Of a DNA stretch of 22,758 nucleotides, positions 8,966-19,777 are shown piece by piece. Position 1 is the first letter of the stretch; each line of letters opens with the position of its first letter. The notes beneath the pieces were generated by a model. The model had not been told where the DNA came from. It worked only from the letters and a program-made list of their open reading frames with translations, and did not search any database. Origin of the DNA: Zygophlyctis sp. KS116 (taxonomy: Eukaryota; Fungi; Chytridiomycota); assembly GCA_054661495.1 (NCBI GenBank), contig BAAFSQ010000159.1, forward strand, positions 1-22,758. Reading direction: 5' to 3'. A program made the translations under genes and the position numbers.

Positions 8966-10609
8966 TGCAACTTTCAGTGTAATAAATACCCCTCCACCAA
9001 ATGCTAATCTTGTAGATGGTAAGTGGGTGTTCAAAATTAAGTACAATACAGATGGTTCAATTGATAAATACAAAGCTCGTTTATGTGCTCGTGGATTTTC
9101 TCTCTGGGTTGGACTATGACGTCTGGCTACTAAACTCAACTCTTTATGGTTTAAAGCAGTCTCCAAACCTTTGGAATCAAGATTTAGATAAGGCTATTCG
9201 AAAACTCAATTTTACACCATGCGCCCATGATCCATGTCTCTACTACAATCGGGAACATTCCACTCCTCAATTTATTTTTGTTTGGGTCGATGATCTTTTA
9301 ATATCTGGTTCTTCTCTGCAAATTGAAACGATGATAAACTCACTACCGTAAATCCGCCGGTCGAACGAACACGTAAAAGTTTTTTTCGCGTAATTTTTTG
9401 TAAGAGAGTTCGCTAGAGAAAGAGAATGGAAAATACTCCTGTGCATAAGAGACAGCGGAATTAAGTGTCTTGATTTTACTATGTACGCTAATCAGTTAAG
9501 AGACTTTTTTAATATTCATCCTGATTTTGTCATTAACATCTTTAAGGCAGTATTCGTTTTTTTCATCATCATTTAAATATATATCTGGTTTGATAAGTAA
9601 AACATTATTAAGTTGAATCTGAGCTTCTGATTTTATTTACTCCTATATCCAATACGTTCATTAATGCAAATAAACCTGTATTAGGGTTAGGAACAAAACG
9701 TTCGTTTGACCGGCGGATTTACGGTAAACGAAACTTTTATATTTACCGACAATGGCCCGTTAAAGGATTATCTCAATTTAAATTTCTCTTTTAATCGCTC
9801 GAAGAAAACCTTTTATCTCTCGGCTTCTCATTATATTCAACAAACCCTCTCGCACTTCTAAATGCTCGACTGCACACCAGCTCTCACTCCTGCTGATCCT
9901 AACGTTCAATTCTCTAAAAATGTTTCTGCTCCTCTTGATGGCAAATATCCTTATAGAACATTAACTGGACGCCTTCTGTATCTTGCGTGCACAGCTCGCC
10001 TGTTGCAGTGGGTGTACTATACAGATACAACAGCAATCCTGGACTCGAACATTGGACAGGTGCAAAAAGAGTATTACGCTATTTAAAAGGCACTATTGAT
10101 TATCATCTTCGTCTTCACTGCTCCGACATACAACTCATTGGATATGCGGATGCAAACTGGGCCTCTGAAATCGACAACAGACGATCTATTACTGGATACA
10201 TTTTCAAGCTAGGAGAATCCCCGATATCTTGGAGCTCAAAGCTTCAATCTAGTGGCACTTTCATAATGTGAGGCGGAATATATGTCATTAGCAGCTGCTG
10301 CTCAAGAAGGAGGTTATTTCATTAATGTACTCAACAGTCTTGGCATTACACTTCCACGAATTACTATATATGAAGATAACCAGGGTGCTATAGAACTAAC
10401 CAAAATCACTAAAAACCACTCCAGAACGAAACATATTGACGTAAGATATCATTTTGTTTAAGATCTAATCAAAACTGATAAAATCACTGTCACACATATA
10501 GGTACTAAAGAAATGCAGGCAGATATGTTCACTAAAGCTCTTTCATCACCACAGTTCATATATTTACGAAACAAAATAGGCGTTTCTTCTGTATCGGATC
10601 AAGTGAATG
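8966..10609 (+). pseudogene. Ty1/copia reverse transcriptase and RNase H, degenerate
   Basis: KWVFKIK...KYKARLCARGFS, LYGLKQSP, DPCLY, WVDDLL, YRTLTGRLLYL, KRVLRYLKGT, GYADANWA...RRSITGY, EAEY, YEDNQGAI, RTKHIDVRYHF, QADMFTKAL. It has internal deletions, stops and a MITE insertion. Confidence 0.93.
9346..9724. mobile_element. Non-autonomous Tc1/mariner-pogo-type element (MITE), 379 bp
   Basis: 25-bp TIRs CCGTAAATCCGCCGGTC(G/A)AACGAAC (24/25 match) and a TA TSD at 9344-9345 and 9725-9726. Removing it restores the RT frame (...INSL|NETFIFTDNGPLKDYL). Confidence 0.95.
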
Positions 10610-10738
10610 TGTTGAAAGATGATCCTATACACTCGTGATTTGTATGGGATTTTAGCATTCTATTTACTTATAAAGATCAAAGTATAAATAGCCTGAAACT
10701 ATTAATAGACTTTTACCTTTTCTAAAACAAAATTTACT
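10610..10738 (+). repeat. Copia 3' LTR (129 bp, TG...CT)
   Basis: Follows the RNase H end and a degenerate PPT (caagtgaatg). It is homologous to 8133-8270 up to ...tttact. Confidence 0.88.
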
Positions 10739-11191
10739 GATACTATATGGGCTTTAAAGTTGTCCATCATCAGGAATGCAGGGCCAGTGCCATCATGAAT
10801 TGGCTTCAAACACTTTTTTATCCAATGACTCATCACATGCTTGTCACAATAAGCTTTTTCTTGGCATAAGTACTCATTTTTCTTACCTAAATGGCCTTAA
10901 CTTTTAGACACTGTACTATCAGCCTTACCCTTATAAACAACTAGAGGCTTAAGTTTTGAACCATCGAATCCCACCGACAAAAACACAGTGCAATGATTTG
11001 GATTTCCTGTAACCATCTACCCTAAAACCTAACTGTTAGATGTATATCAGTACGTACCAGGCCTCGGAAATAGATAATCTTATTTGTATCTTATCTATAT
11101 GCTTTGAATTAAATAATCTATCTTTTAACAATTTTATTTAGGATATATTTCGGATATATCTTGATATATTTCGGAGATATATTTATAAAAA

Positions 11192-12744
11192 ATGCCACCA
11201 AAATACGTCGAAGTCTATTTCAAGCAGCTTGACCAAACGAGCTACAAATGTTTGGTTTGTCCCGATACTCGTCGCAAGAAAAGTGGTACAAGCTGGGCCA
11301 ACTTATTATCACATTTAAACGACAAACACGGTGATTGGGAAGTTCAAGTCGAGAATGTTTTAGCAGGCGCTACTTTAGATTGTTATGTGGATAAAGAAGG
11401 TATTTATCTTATACCGTATTTAACTTTAATGCACAAACATGTATAACTGGATGGAACAAGTTGTTCTTGAAAATCTTCCTTTTTCTTTTGTCGATAAAGC
11501 AGTCAATAGAAGGAATAGCCGCTTAAATCCCATATCCTCTAAAGGCCTCAAAGACGCTGTAGAAGAGCATATTTCAAGAATACTTCCCAATAAGTTTGCT
11601 CTTGTCTTTGATGGATGGAGTTCTGGAGATACACATTTTGTTGCAGTTTTTGTTTCATTTATTGAAAAGGAAGTCAAAAAGCTATATCTTTCCTGCTGAA
11701 CACAAAGCGTTTTTATTATCTACATTAGCTACTTATGGCAAATCTCTGTCGAATGTATGTGCTTTTGTTGGTGATAATTGCTCCACCAACCAAGCATTGG
11801 CCACATCTTGTAGTGTACCATTAATCGGCTGCTTTAGCCACGTTTTAAATCTTGCTGTCAAAAATATTATGCTTGCAGATGATGAAGTGAAAGTTATAAT
11901 TGATAAGGTATTAAGTGAAAGTTGTAATTGAAAAGGTATTAAGTGAAAGTTGTAATTGAAAAGGTGGCAGAGCTAATGCGAGTGTTGAAAACCACCAAAG
12001 GTGCTGCCCACTTAAGAAATTTAACCGATTTAAAGGCGGTAAAAAAGAATGAAACAAGATGGACCTCTATTTTTGATATGCTTTCAAGATACATTCGCTT
12101 GCTTCCATCTTTACTTGATATGGAAGAGGAGTATATCATTCAAAAAATGCCAGACCAGGTTCAAAATTTGGCTATCAAATCTTTGCTTGTCCAGTTGGAA
12201 CAATTTAATTCTATGATGAAGTATTTGCAAAGAGATAATATCAATTTAGCAAATGCTAGAGGATGCTTTGATGCGCTAGTTAAGGTGTACCCAACTACTG
12301 CTGTATATTGTTCACAGTCCTAAATTTATCAACGCCGTGGTCAAAATTCAAAATGGAGATATAAATTCATTATCACAATCAGAAAAAAAAAGTGTGGAAT
12401 CTTTAAAAGTTCAGATGGATGAAGAATGTGCTGATGAACTTTTTAATAATGATGTTAAGGCTGAAAATGCTATATTGGATTTTTTGGAATCGATCGATAC
12501 TCGTGAACTAAAGAGGCGAAAAGTCATGGAAGATTACATTGATTTGTCTTTTCTAATTCCCACATCTAATTGTGTGGAACGTCTATTTTCAATCGCAAAA
12601 TATGTTTATTCACCTCAAAGACAAAGTATGCTACCAATGAACTTGGAAATGCTTTTATTTCTAAGAGCAAATGAATCTATTTGGACCAAAAAATTTGTTT
12701 GTGAGGCCTTATCAGAAGCTAAATCAAAGAATGTTGTGGACTAA
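11192..12744 (+). pseudogene. hAT transposase, degenerate
   Basis: BED finger (YKCLVC...LLSHLNDKH), FDGWS, VGDNCSTN, GCFSHVLNLAV, ETRWTS and dimerisation motif PTSNCVERLFSIAK. Likely intron 11400-11430 has its acceptor mutated to AT. Frame breaks at ~11690 and ~12320. Confidence 0.92.
11882..11965 (+). repeat. Three tandem copies of a 28-bp unit ending in AAGGT
   Basis: Units at 11882-11909, 11910-11937 and 11938-11965. Units 2 and 3 are identical; unit 1 differs at 3 positions. Confidence 0.95.
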
Positions 12745-13069
12745 GATATTAAAGATACATATATCTTAATATATATCTTTTAAATGAATAAAATAATCTA
12801 TCTTTTTACTTTTTTCTTATAAAATATATATCTCTTGTAAAATTCCTTGGAAAGATATATTTAGATAGTATCTTTCCGAGGCCTGGTACGTACCGCTTAA
12901 CTGTACAGTTCTATTGGTTTCTGCATCAAAATAGCATCCAGTTTCATCCATATTAACGCATAGATGGTAGAGTATCGAATTAAACTCTCTGAGTCTTTTC
13001 ATTTTCTTCCAATCGTTGGTGATGAGTGTTTCTTCTGATTGATAGGCCGTTTCTTGAATAAATCAATTT

Positions 13070-13332
13070 GTACAACAAGTTTAAGAAACATGACTACTTC
13101 AGAGCTGAAAGGATATGAAGTTATGCCTTCTTTGGATGATGGAGTCATAATAAGAAAAAATCACAGACATAATACGGAGAAATGTTTTCAGGATAAATTA
13201 AATAATGTACGCCAGAGAACAGTCACAGCAGATGATTCTCATATGTTACTCACTAGAGTTGTAAATGATGGCCAAAAATCACTCAATGGATTCAATGGCT
13301 TTTGTTTATTTCGACAGAAACTATATGTCTGA
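13070..13332 (+). pseudogene. Possible PIF1-family helicase fragment
   Basis: GVIIRKNHRH...FQDKLNNVRQRTVTADDSHMLLTR...CLF resembles the PIF1 motif-IV region (L..N.RQ...F..LL..IR.G..T..D...L..R). No Walker motifs nearby. Confidence 0.4.
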
Positions 13333-13799
13333 AAATTTAATTTAGGCTAAGATACTTTTTCGAAATTCCTAAACGAAAAAACGTTCTTCAAGAACACACA
13401 TCTAGTTCCCAACCAATTTAATTTAAACACATTTAGCTCATGGGAATCCAACTTCAATTATGATTCTCAGCCTCTGTATGGAAATAGTAATTCGGAATAT
13501 GTAAAAGAGGCCAATGAAAGAGTTCGTCAGATGAAACAGCAGCACAATTTAAACTTTAGTGTTCATCTGAATATGCTAGATTATGCTAGGAAGTCAGGCA
13601 GGCAAAGTCAGCTAAGTGTTCAAAGATTTACAAATTTTTATTACAGTAAGTTTCTAATTATTGTCGACAGATAGGTATTGAAAAATTAATGATGAAGAAG
13701 TGTTCGATATATAAAAATATCCCTAACCCATTCGTATCCCGCATTCAATTTTTTTCCTTGGCATGAAACGCCCCTTATCTTTACAGATATGTGGACAGC

Positions 13800-13935
13800 A
13801 GAGAGCTAAAATTCTTTTTCTAAATAATCATAGAAATATTTATGTGGGTATACTTGTTGAAAAATTTATTGAAAGATTTAAACCAACAAAAATCTTTCTC
13901 AATTACGACCTCGCTTGCAGTATAAATCGTACTAT
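13800..13935 (+). pseudogene. Possible KDZ (Kyakuja-Dileera-Zisupton) transposase fragment
   Basis: Y..ILVEKFI......IFLNYDLAC resembles the YD(I/L)(A/G)C motif. The flanking motifs are not visible. Confidence 0.3.
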
Positions 13936-14514
13936 GAGAATATCAAAGTTTAGAAGAATTTGGAAATTAAGTATTCGGTCGAAAGATGGCTATAGCTGAA
14001 AATCAAATTCCAGAGGAACTTAGGAAAAACATGGAGATCGTCCGATCTAAAGAAAAAAATTGTATGATTTTCAAAGAGCTCAATCGATTCACAGATTATG
14101 CTACATCTAAGGGATTTCATAATTACTTAAAATGATACAAAAAGTGCTTATTGACATGTTAATCGCGGTTCCCATAAAATCGTACGTTCGGACAAGATTT
14201 CATCTGCGATATAAGCCTTCAGTTTTGACTTTTTTAAATAAATATACTTTAGGTCTAATGCCAGTAATCAGAGTAATTGTCACAGCAGTTTATACGAAAA
14301 GAAAAACAATATTAATTATGCTATAAAAAATATCAGTTTATGTTGCATGTGTTCATGCAAATCATTTATTGGTTCGTGTGAATATATACCTTTAAAATTA
14401 TTTCTTTGTACTTACTTGTTCTTCGTATATATAAGAAGCGATTCATGGAGAAATATTTTAATCAAATCACTTTACAAGTCTGTAGGGGGATGTAAATCGC
14501 GAACCTGCGCGAAA

Positions 14515-15871
14515 CAATGTAAATATCATCATTTTGGTTGAATTTGTTCAGTGATTCTTTAAGACTCTCCGTACAGATGTGGTACAACATTAATACATTA
14601 GTAATAGATAGAGATGCACCACTTCTAGACACTTCCAAAGTTATTTCCTTTAATGGCCGCAAAACTTGAACCAAATCATCAAGTAATGCCCATTCCTCGT
14701 CCTCAAGAACAATTTTTTTCAAATTTCGGTCATTTTGTCCGTAGATAGTCATATTAATGATTTCCTTGTATTTGATTGCACGTACCAACATGTCAAACGT
14801 ACTATTCCAACGAGTGGAAACATCAATAATTGGCACTAGATACACGTTTCCTTTGTCATCGCAAATCTGTTTCATCTCTCGTCTTAATTTTGGCGAACGT
14901 CTTATCTTCTAACCAAATAAGACAAACGGGAAACAGCACTAACAAGATTGTCCTTTGAATCAGAATCTGGTTCATATTCTTCTGTATCCACGGGCTCTTT
15001 AAAACATTTTAGAATCTCTTTCGCGCCTAGATTTATTACATGAGCCATGCATTCAATCTGATTCCAGGCTACCCTAAATCCCGAAGAAGCATAATTTCTT
15101 GAAAAATAATCCTCTAATTGAACCATCATGGTTGAATTGTTGCTTGCATTATCTGCTGTCACACCAAGAAGACGATTTAACCCTAAACCAAGCTCAGCCC
15201 ATCATGTTCCACTTCAAGCAATTTAAAAGCCAACAATCTATCTTGTACATTCCATGAGTCATCAATAAAATGGACTGTAAACCCAAAAAATGACAGTTGG
15301 TTTTTTGAGGTCCATACATCACATGTAATCGAAAACTTGGAGTTGAAACTATTCAATTCTTCCTTTAGTTTATCTTTCATTTGAATGTATAATTCCTCTA
15401 ATCTTCTCATGATGGTAGTTCTAGAATTAACAGTAATATCTGGCTTTAAATAGTCCATCAAATCTTCAAAATCCTTTGTATCAACAATCGAAAATGGCAA
15501 GTTTTGTCTGTATGTTTATTTGAAATGATTCACCTGACGATTAACTTCATCGAATATCCCATAAAAATATCTTGATTAAAATGTTTCATCTTATTTTGTT
15601 CAAAAAACTTGCGAATCGGTTTTGGTTTTTCTGTATTCATCAACTCTGGGCAGCGATTTGGGTGCACCTTTTTTAAATGTATAGTAAAAGAACTGTTAGA
15701 TGGACCCGCAAAAAATTTAGGACAATAGTTGCATTGGAAATGAAGAGAAGGAGACCCTTTCTTTTTTCCTTTCTTAACAGATGCCATCACTTTTGTGCAG
15801 TGAGAATTCACCAATGAAGAAATATTCTGTTCTAATTCTTCTCCACAACTGATTTGTTCATCATCACTCAT
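14515..15871 (-). pseudogene. hAT transposase lacking the C-terminal catalytic E and dimerisation domain
   Basis: BED finger FQCNYC...HLKKVH, a 26-nt intron at 15508-15533 that joins IVR to QNLPFSIVD, ITCDVWTS, GVTADNASNN, CMAHVINL and DVSTRWNSTFDML. Frame breaks at ~15185 and ~14905. Confidence 0.92.
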
Positions 15872-16003
15872 TTTTTTAGGTTTTACAGGTGATTATGATT
15901 AATGTGATTAAAAGTGATTAAACGTGATTAATTAAGAAATCTCATAATCTAATCATAATCTCTTGTTAATCATGATTATGATTATGGTGATTGACCATCC
16001 TTA
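14515..16003 (-). mobile_element. Second hAT (Ac-like) element, 3'-truncated
   Basis: The 5' end reads TAAGGATGGTCAATC on the minus strand (ending at 16003), with dense (GT)GATTA subterminal repeats at ~15889-15992. No matching 3' TIR or TSD. Confidence 0.8.
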
Positions 16004-17280
16004 CTTCTATTCAGTCAAATTCTCTTAAAGTTTTGGTTCAAGATTTAGAATTTATACCTAGTCAGGCTACAGCTAAAGGATTTATCACTTTAAAATTCGA
16101 ATGCATTCTTTTCCGTGTCTAAGATATGTCTAAGAATGATGATCGCAAAGATTGGCATCATGATACTTCAAATTTGCTCTAGCACTTTTTTCGGAGTTTT
16201 TCTCGTATTGTTGAAAGGCACCTTGAACTACTACTATTTATATCATTATCCTTCAAAACAACCCCTGAAATAGATAGATCTTAAACTACTATGTTCTAGT
16301 ACTATGTCTAATCATTGATTATAATAGCCACTGGCATGGGGCGTAGACCTGAAGTAAATATGATCAGTATTATATGGTTCACTCAATGCAGGTGGAAATG
16401 CTGGTGGGCCGCGAATCATTTACTCTTCCTTCTTCAAAGTACTCTTCTTCAAGAAAGCACCCCAAGCATACTGATCGCTCTCCCTGGGCTTCACCCATCT
16501 CCAACAATTTTTTTTAAATCTTCAGAACCACTATTGACTTAGCAGCCAGATCAGATGATGATTTTATAGCACTAATAGATTAGTTTTATTTGAATTTACT
16601 CTTTTACACATATGTCCTACATGAGCATTCTTGTCTAATTTTCATCAAAACATTCAGAAATATAAGGTCCTTTATGACTTTTAGGCACAGTTTTACATTT
16701 TGGATGGTACTTTATTATCTGTGTTATAATTATGCTCTGTATTATCTAACTCTTTTATAATAATTCAACGTTTAAGCACTTGCATCATTTTGGACTTTTG
16801 CGGTAAGAAAATTCCTCATGACCAAAACCATTGATTTTAAATCATTCTTTGAATCTTGCTGAAAATAAATCACGTTGGAGAAATTCTAATACAGACAATC
16901 TGTATTATCTCATGTACCGTTTGGTCCTATCAATGTCTTATATCCTGGCCTTATTCTATATGAAATTTGTTTGTAGAGTTTTGGCATTGTGCCATGTGAA
17001 TAATTGCAAACTGTATTCATAGACGATAATCGATTTTAGGCTTTTCTTTTCTAGGCATTACATAGATAATAATTGCAACATAAATACAATATCCAGGTTA
17101 TAATTGTACAATTCATATTGATTTTACTATACAGGGATGAATATTAAGGAGCGCCTTCAGGATACAACCATTCCCATTCACTAAAAATTGATTAATAATT
17201 AATAATTTATGCTAGTTATAAAAACCTTTTGAATTCCACATGACGACATATCAAATTACGACTTAAACTTCCGGACATAA

Positions 17281-17862
17281 ATGGGAAATCCAGTATATAA
17301 AGAAAAGTTGGAAACAAAGAAAATGTCTTTTCTAAGACATGTCATCAGAAGATCTCAAATGAATAACCAACAGTCAAGACAATCAAACACTTCTAATCAT
17401 CCTTTACGTGCATTACTGGAAGATCCATTAGATTCCTTATCAGCAGATGCCGAGACAAGATCATCTTTAAACTCAAATACAACCATTAATGCGAATGTGG
17501 ATGACTTAGAGTCCATACTTTTGGATAATATTAATCCTAGAATCATAAATATGTCAGTAGAGCCAACAGAAGAATCGCCGGAAGAATTTAGATTATCTTC
17601 ACTGTTGGATTTTGAGGAATTGTTTTCGAATCCTGCATCAAATAATTTCGCATTGCCTAATGCTACAAGATATGGCAGATCCTTCAATCCTTCAGTATCA
17701 TTTCATAGATGGCAATCTCTAAGAAGTACACGTCCTCTATCAGTACGGTCTTCATTTGTGGCATCAAGAATTCCTAGACCAAGTATTTTCAATCAGCCGT
17801 CCGAAAGACACTCAACTTCTCCTAATGATCAAATACCAGATTTAGAAAATAACCAAACTTAA
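17281..17862 (+). CDS. Hypothetical Ser/Asn/Arg-rich, probably disordered protein (193 aa, or 179 aa from the second Met)
   Basis: 582-nt ATG-initiated ORF in AT-rich DNA with no recognisable domain. Confidence 0.6.
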   Translation: MGNPVYKEKLETKKMSFLRHVIRRSQMNNQQSRQSNTSNHPLRALLEDPLDSLSADAETRSSLNSNTTINANVDDLESILLDNINPRIINMSVEPTEESPEEFRLSSLLDFEELFSNPASNNFALPNATRYGRSFNPSVSFHRWQSLRSTRPLSVRSSFVASRIPRPSIFNQPSERHSTSPNDQIPDLENNQT

Positions 17863-19682
17863 AATCTATTAAATATAAACTCTTGCAAAACTGGTACAGT
17901 CTCCAAATTCATCAAATCACTCATATGATTCTATAATTTCAATTTTTTAAAAGTAATTACCAATACATCTTGTTCACATTTTGCTGATAATAATTCTTCT
18001 TTTCTAAATGTAAATATAGCAGCAGCCATCACACTGAAAATTAGACAGCTGTCGTATCCAATCATCTTATCCCAAAGCAGTAAAACTTGATCTGGGCTTA
18101 AGACTCCAACAAAACCATATAAAATCCATCTATATGCAATTGATAGTGGCTGAAAGTCCAAGTTGAATTGTAAATGGAAAAATAAATGCGAATCAGATTG
18201 CTTTAAAAGGTTTTCAAATGCAATGCAAAGATATAAAATATTGTCTGTTCGGTCACTGAATGTATGAAGATGCGTGAAAAATCTAATCATAAGATATATA
18301 AAAGCGATTACCGTGCGTATAATTCTCTAAATGTAAAGTATATTGAGCTTGAGTTGTCATAAATATAACAGATTGGCATTGCGTATAAGGAAATGCCCCA
18401 AATTGGATACATTCCATTTGGAGGCAACCCTTTGTTTTAATCTACAATATAAATAAATACCAATTCTTCTATTTTCCATGAGTGTTGAGTCAAATGTTTT
18501 CAGTTGATTGATTTTTTCAAAGTACCAGCTGTCTCTGGACCAATAAAGTATAGACTTATTCAAAATTTCCTCGAATACAAAATAAGATTCATCATTTTGA
18601 GAATGCTTTGCGTCAATTAGTAATAATCGATCGTGAACTAACTCAGTTGATGCAATTACTTCTGTCAGTCTTCTACAGTAGGTAATACTCTAAATCTTTA
18701 GATAGGAGATGGTTTACATAGTCTTTTAAATCGTCTACAAAATCTGTTTGTAAAATTAAATCCCAAATCTGCGCTCTTGATCCTGAAGGAATTCCACTTT
18801 TAGCCAACTGTTGAGCATTTTTAATTGACTTGTTCTTTAATATTTTCTCGATACGAATATCCATTTCATCAAAGTACATCTTATCTTGGCATTATTAAAA
18901 AGCAATTCACCTGAATCAATGCCTACTTGCGGCTCATATGGATGCAGTTCTTTAAAAATTTCGGCAATTTCCGCAAGTGAAACCGTTCTTATAGGAATTG
19001 ACAATGCTGACCAAAAGTGCCTTCCAGCTTCTTCACTATGTTTGCCAAATATATTCTGAAAACTATTCTGCATTGATAGAGAGATAGATTTTAGCCCATC
19101 AAATATGTCCGAATCATCATAAAAACATAATCTTTCAAATCTTTTTCCACTTTGCGATGGAAGCCTATCAAAAGGAATTTGCAAATCTGGATATATTTCC
19201 GTAATAGCACTAAATAGACCATCTTTATCATCTAAAAGAAGTTCCTGGTCACGAAGATTACGCTTAAATTAGATTAAACCACTTACTGTCCTACTGACAG
19301 GCATATCTAATTCATTACAAATACGATCTAGCCTCTTTTGTTGTAATAAATTTAAATTATTCGACGCCTTACTTATAGACTGTCTAAGAATATTGATACA
19401 AGATCTAAGGTAAATATTACAAAACATTTACTGATGCAAACCCGCCATGGACAAATTCTGACCTTGACTGAAATGATGCATTTGATAATCAATTTGAAAT
19501 AAATAATTTGAAAACTTTATCCTTGCATTTTCTATTCCTTTATTATCTCCATTAATCCAAGCTTTTTTGGCGTTTTTCTTTGCAGTGTAGTATGCGGATG
19601 ATGCCTCTAAATGATTGATGTAATGAGATTTTATATCGTTATTTGCATGAGATATCTGTTCTATTGTTGAAGGCGAGTTCAT
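17859..19682 (-). CDS. TBC1D19: TBC1 domain family member 19-like Rab-GAP, 8 exons (alternative in-frame ATG at 19739)
   Basis: The spliced model has GIPSGSRAQIWDLIL, QNDESYFVFEE, PPNGMYPIWGISLYAMPICYIY, FRELYARFFTHLH, LLLWDKMIGYDS and ETVPVLQEF, matching my recollection of TBC1D19. Frame-restoring GT-AG introns at 19405-19431, 19263-19286, 18885-18910, 18690-18717, 18430-18460, 18283-18311 and 17931-17960. Confidence 0.88.
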
Positions 19683-19777
19683 TATTCCCCAGTCAGAAGT
19701 CCGAACCAAGTCAGAGCGCGTAGGTCGGGGTATTCCCATCAACACTCTAGACTTATCAGCTCTTACCAGCTGTGATC

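Larger units (their letters stand above)
11058..12885 (+). mobile_element. hAT DNA transposon, 1828 bp
   Basis: Perfect 13-bp TIRs CAGGCCTCGGAAA (11058-11070 and 12873-12885) and an 8-bp TSD GTACGTAC (11050-11057 and 12886-12893). Subterminal GATATATTTCGGA and AAATAATCTATCTTT repeats. Confidence 0.97.
10739..13065 (-). pseudogene. Pogo-family (DDE_1) transposase remnant, split by the hAT element
   Basis: Right part: LSIRRNTHHQ and CVNMDETGCYFD. Left part: CTVFLSVGFDGSKLKPLVVYKGK...QEKAYCD...WIKKCLKP...FLMMDNFKAH. It has stops and frameshifts and is cut off at the copia LTR. Confidence 0.85.

Noticed and set aside
11882-11965. CRISPR-like array
   Set aside because: The repeats are head-to-tail with no spacers, in a eukaryotic transposase.
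14483-14498. Partner TIR for hAT2
   Set aside because: Only loosely similar to TAAGGATGGTCAATC, and the flank does not match the expected TSD CTTCTATT.
16004-17280. Short ORFs 16315-16542 and 16831-17022
   Set aside because: Non-ATG starts, no recognisable motifs and no consistent splice model; possibly decayed sequence.
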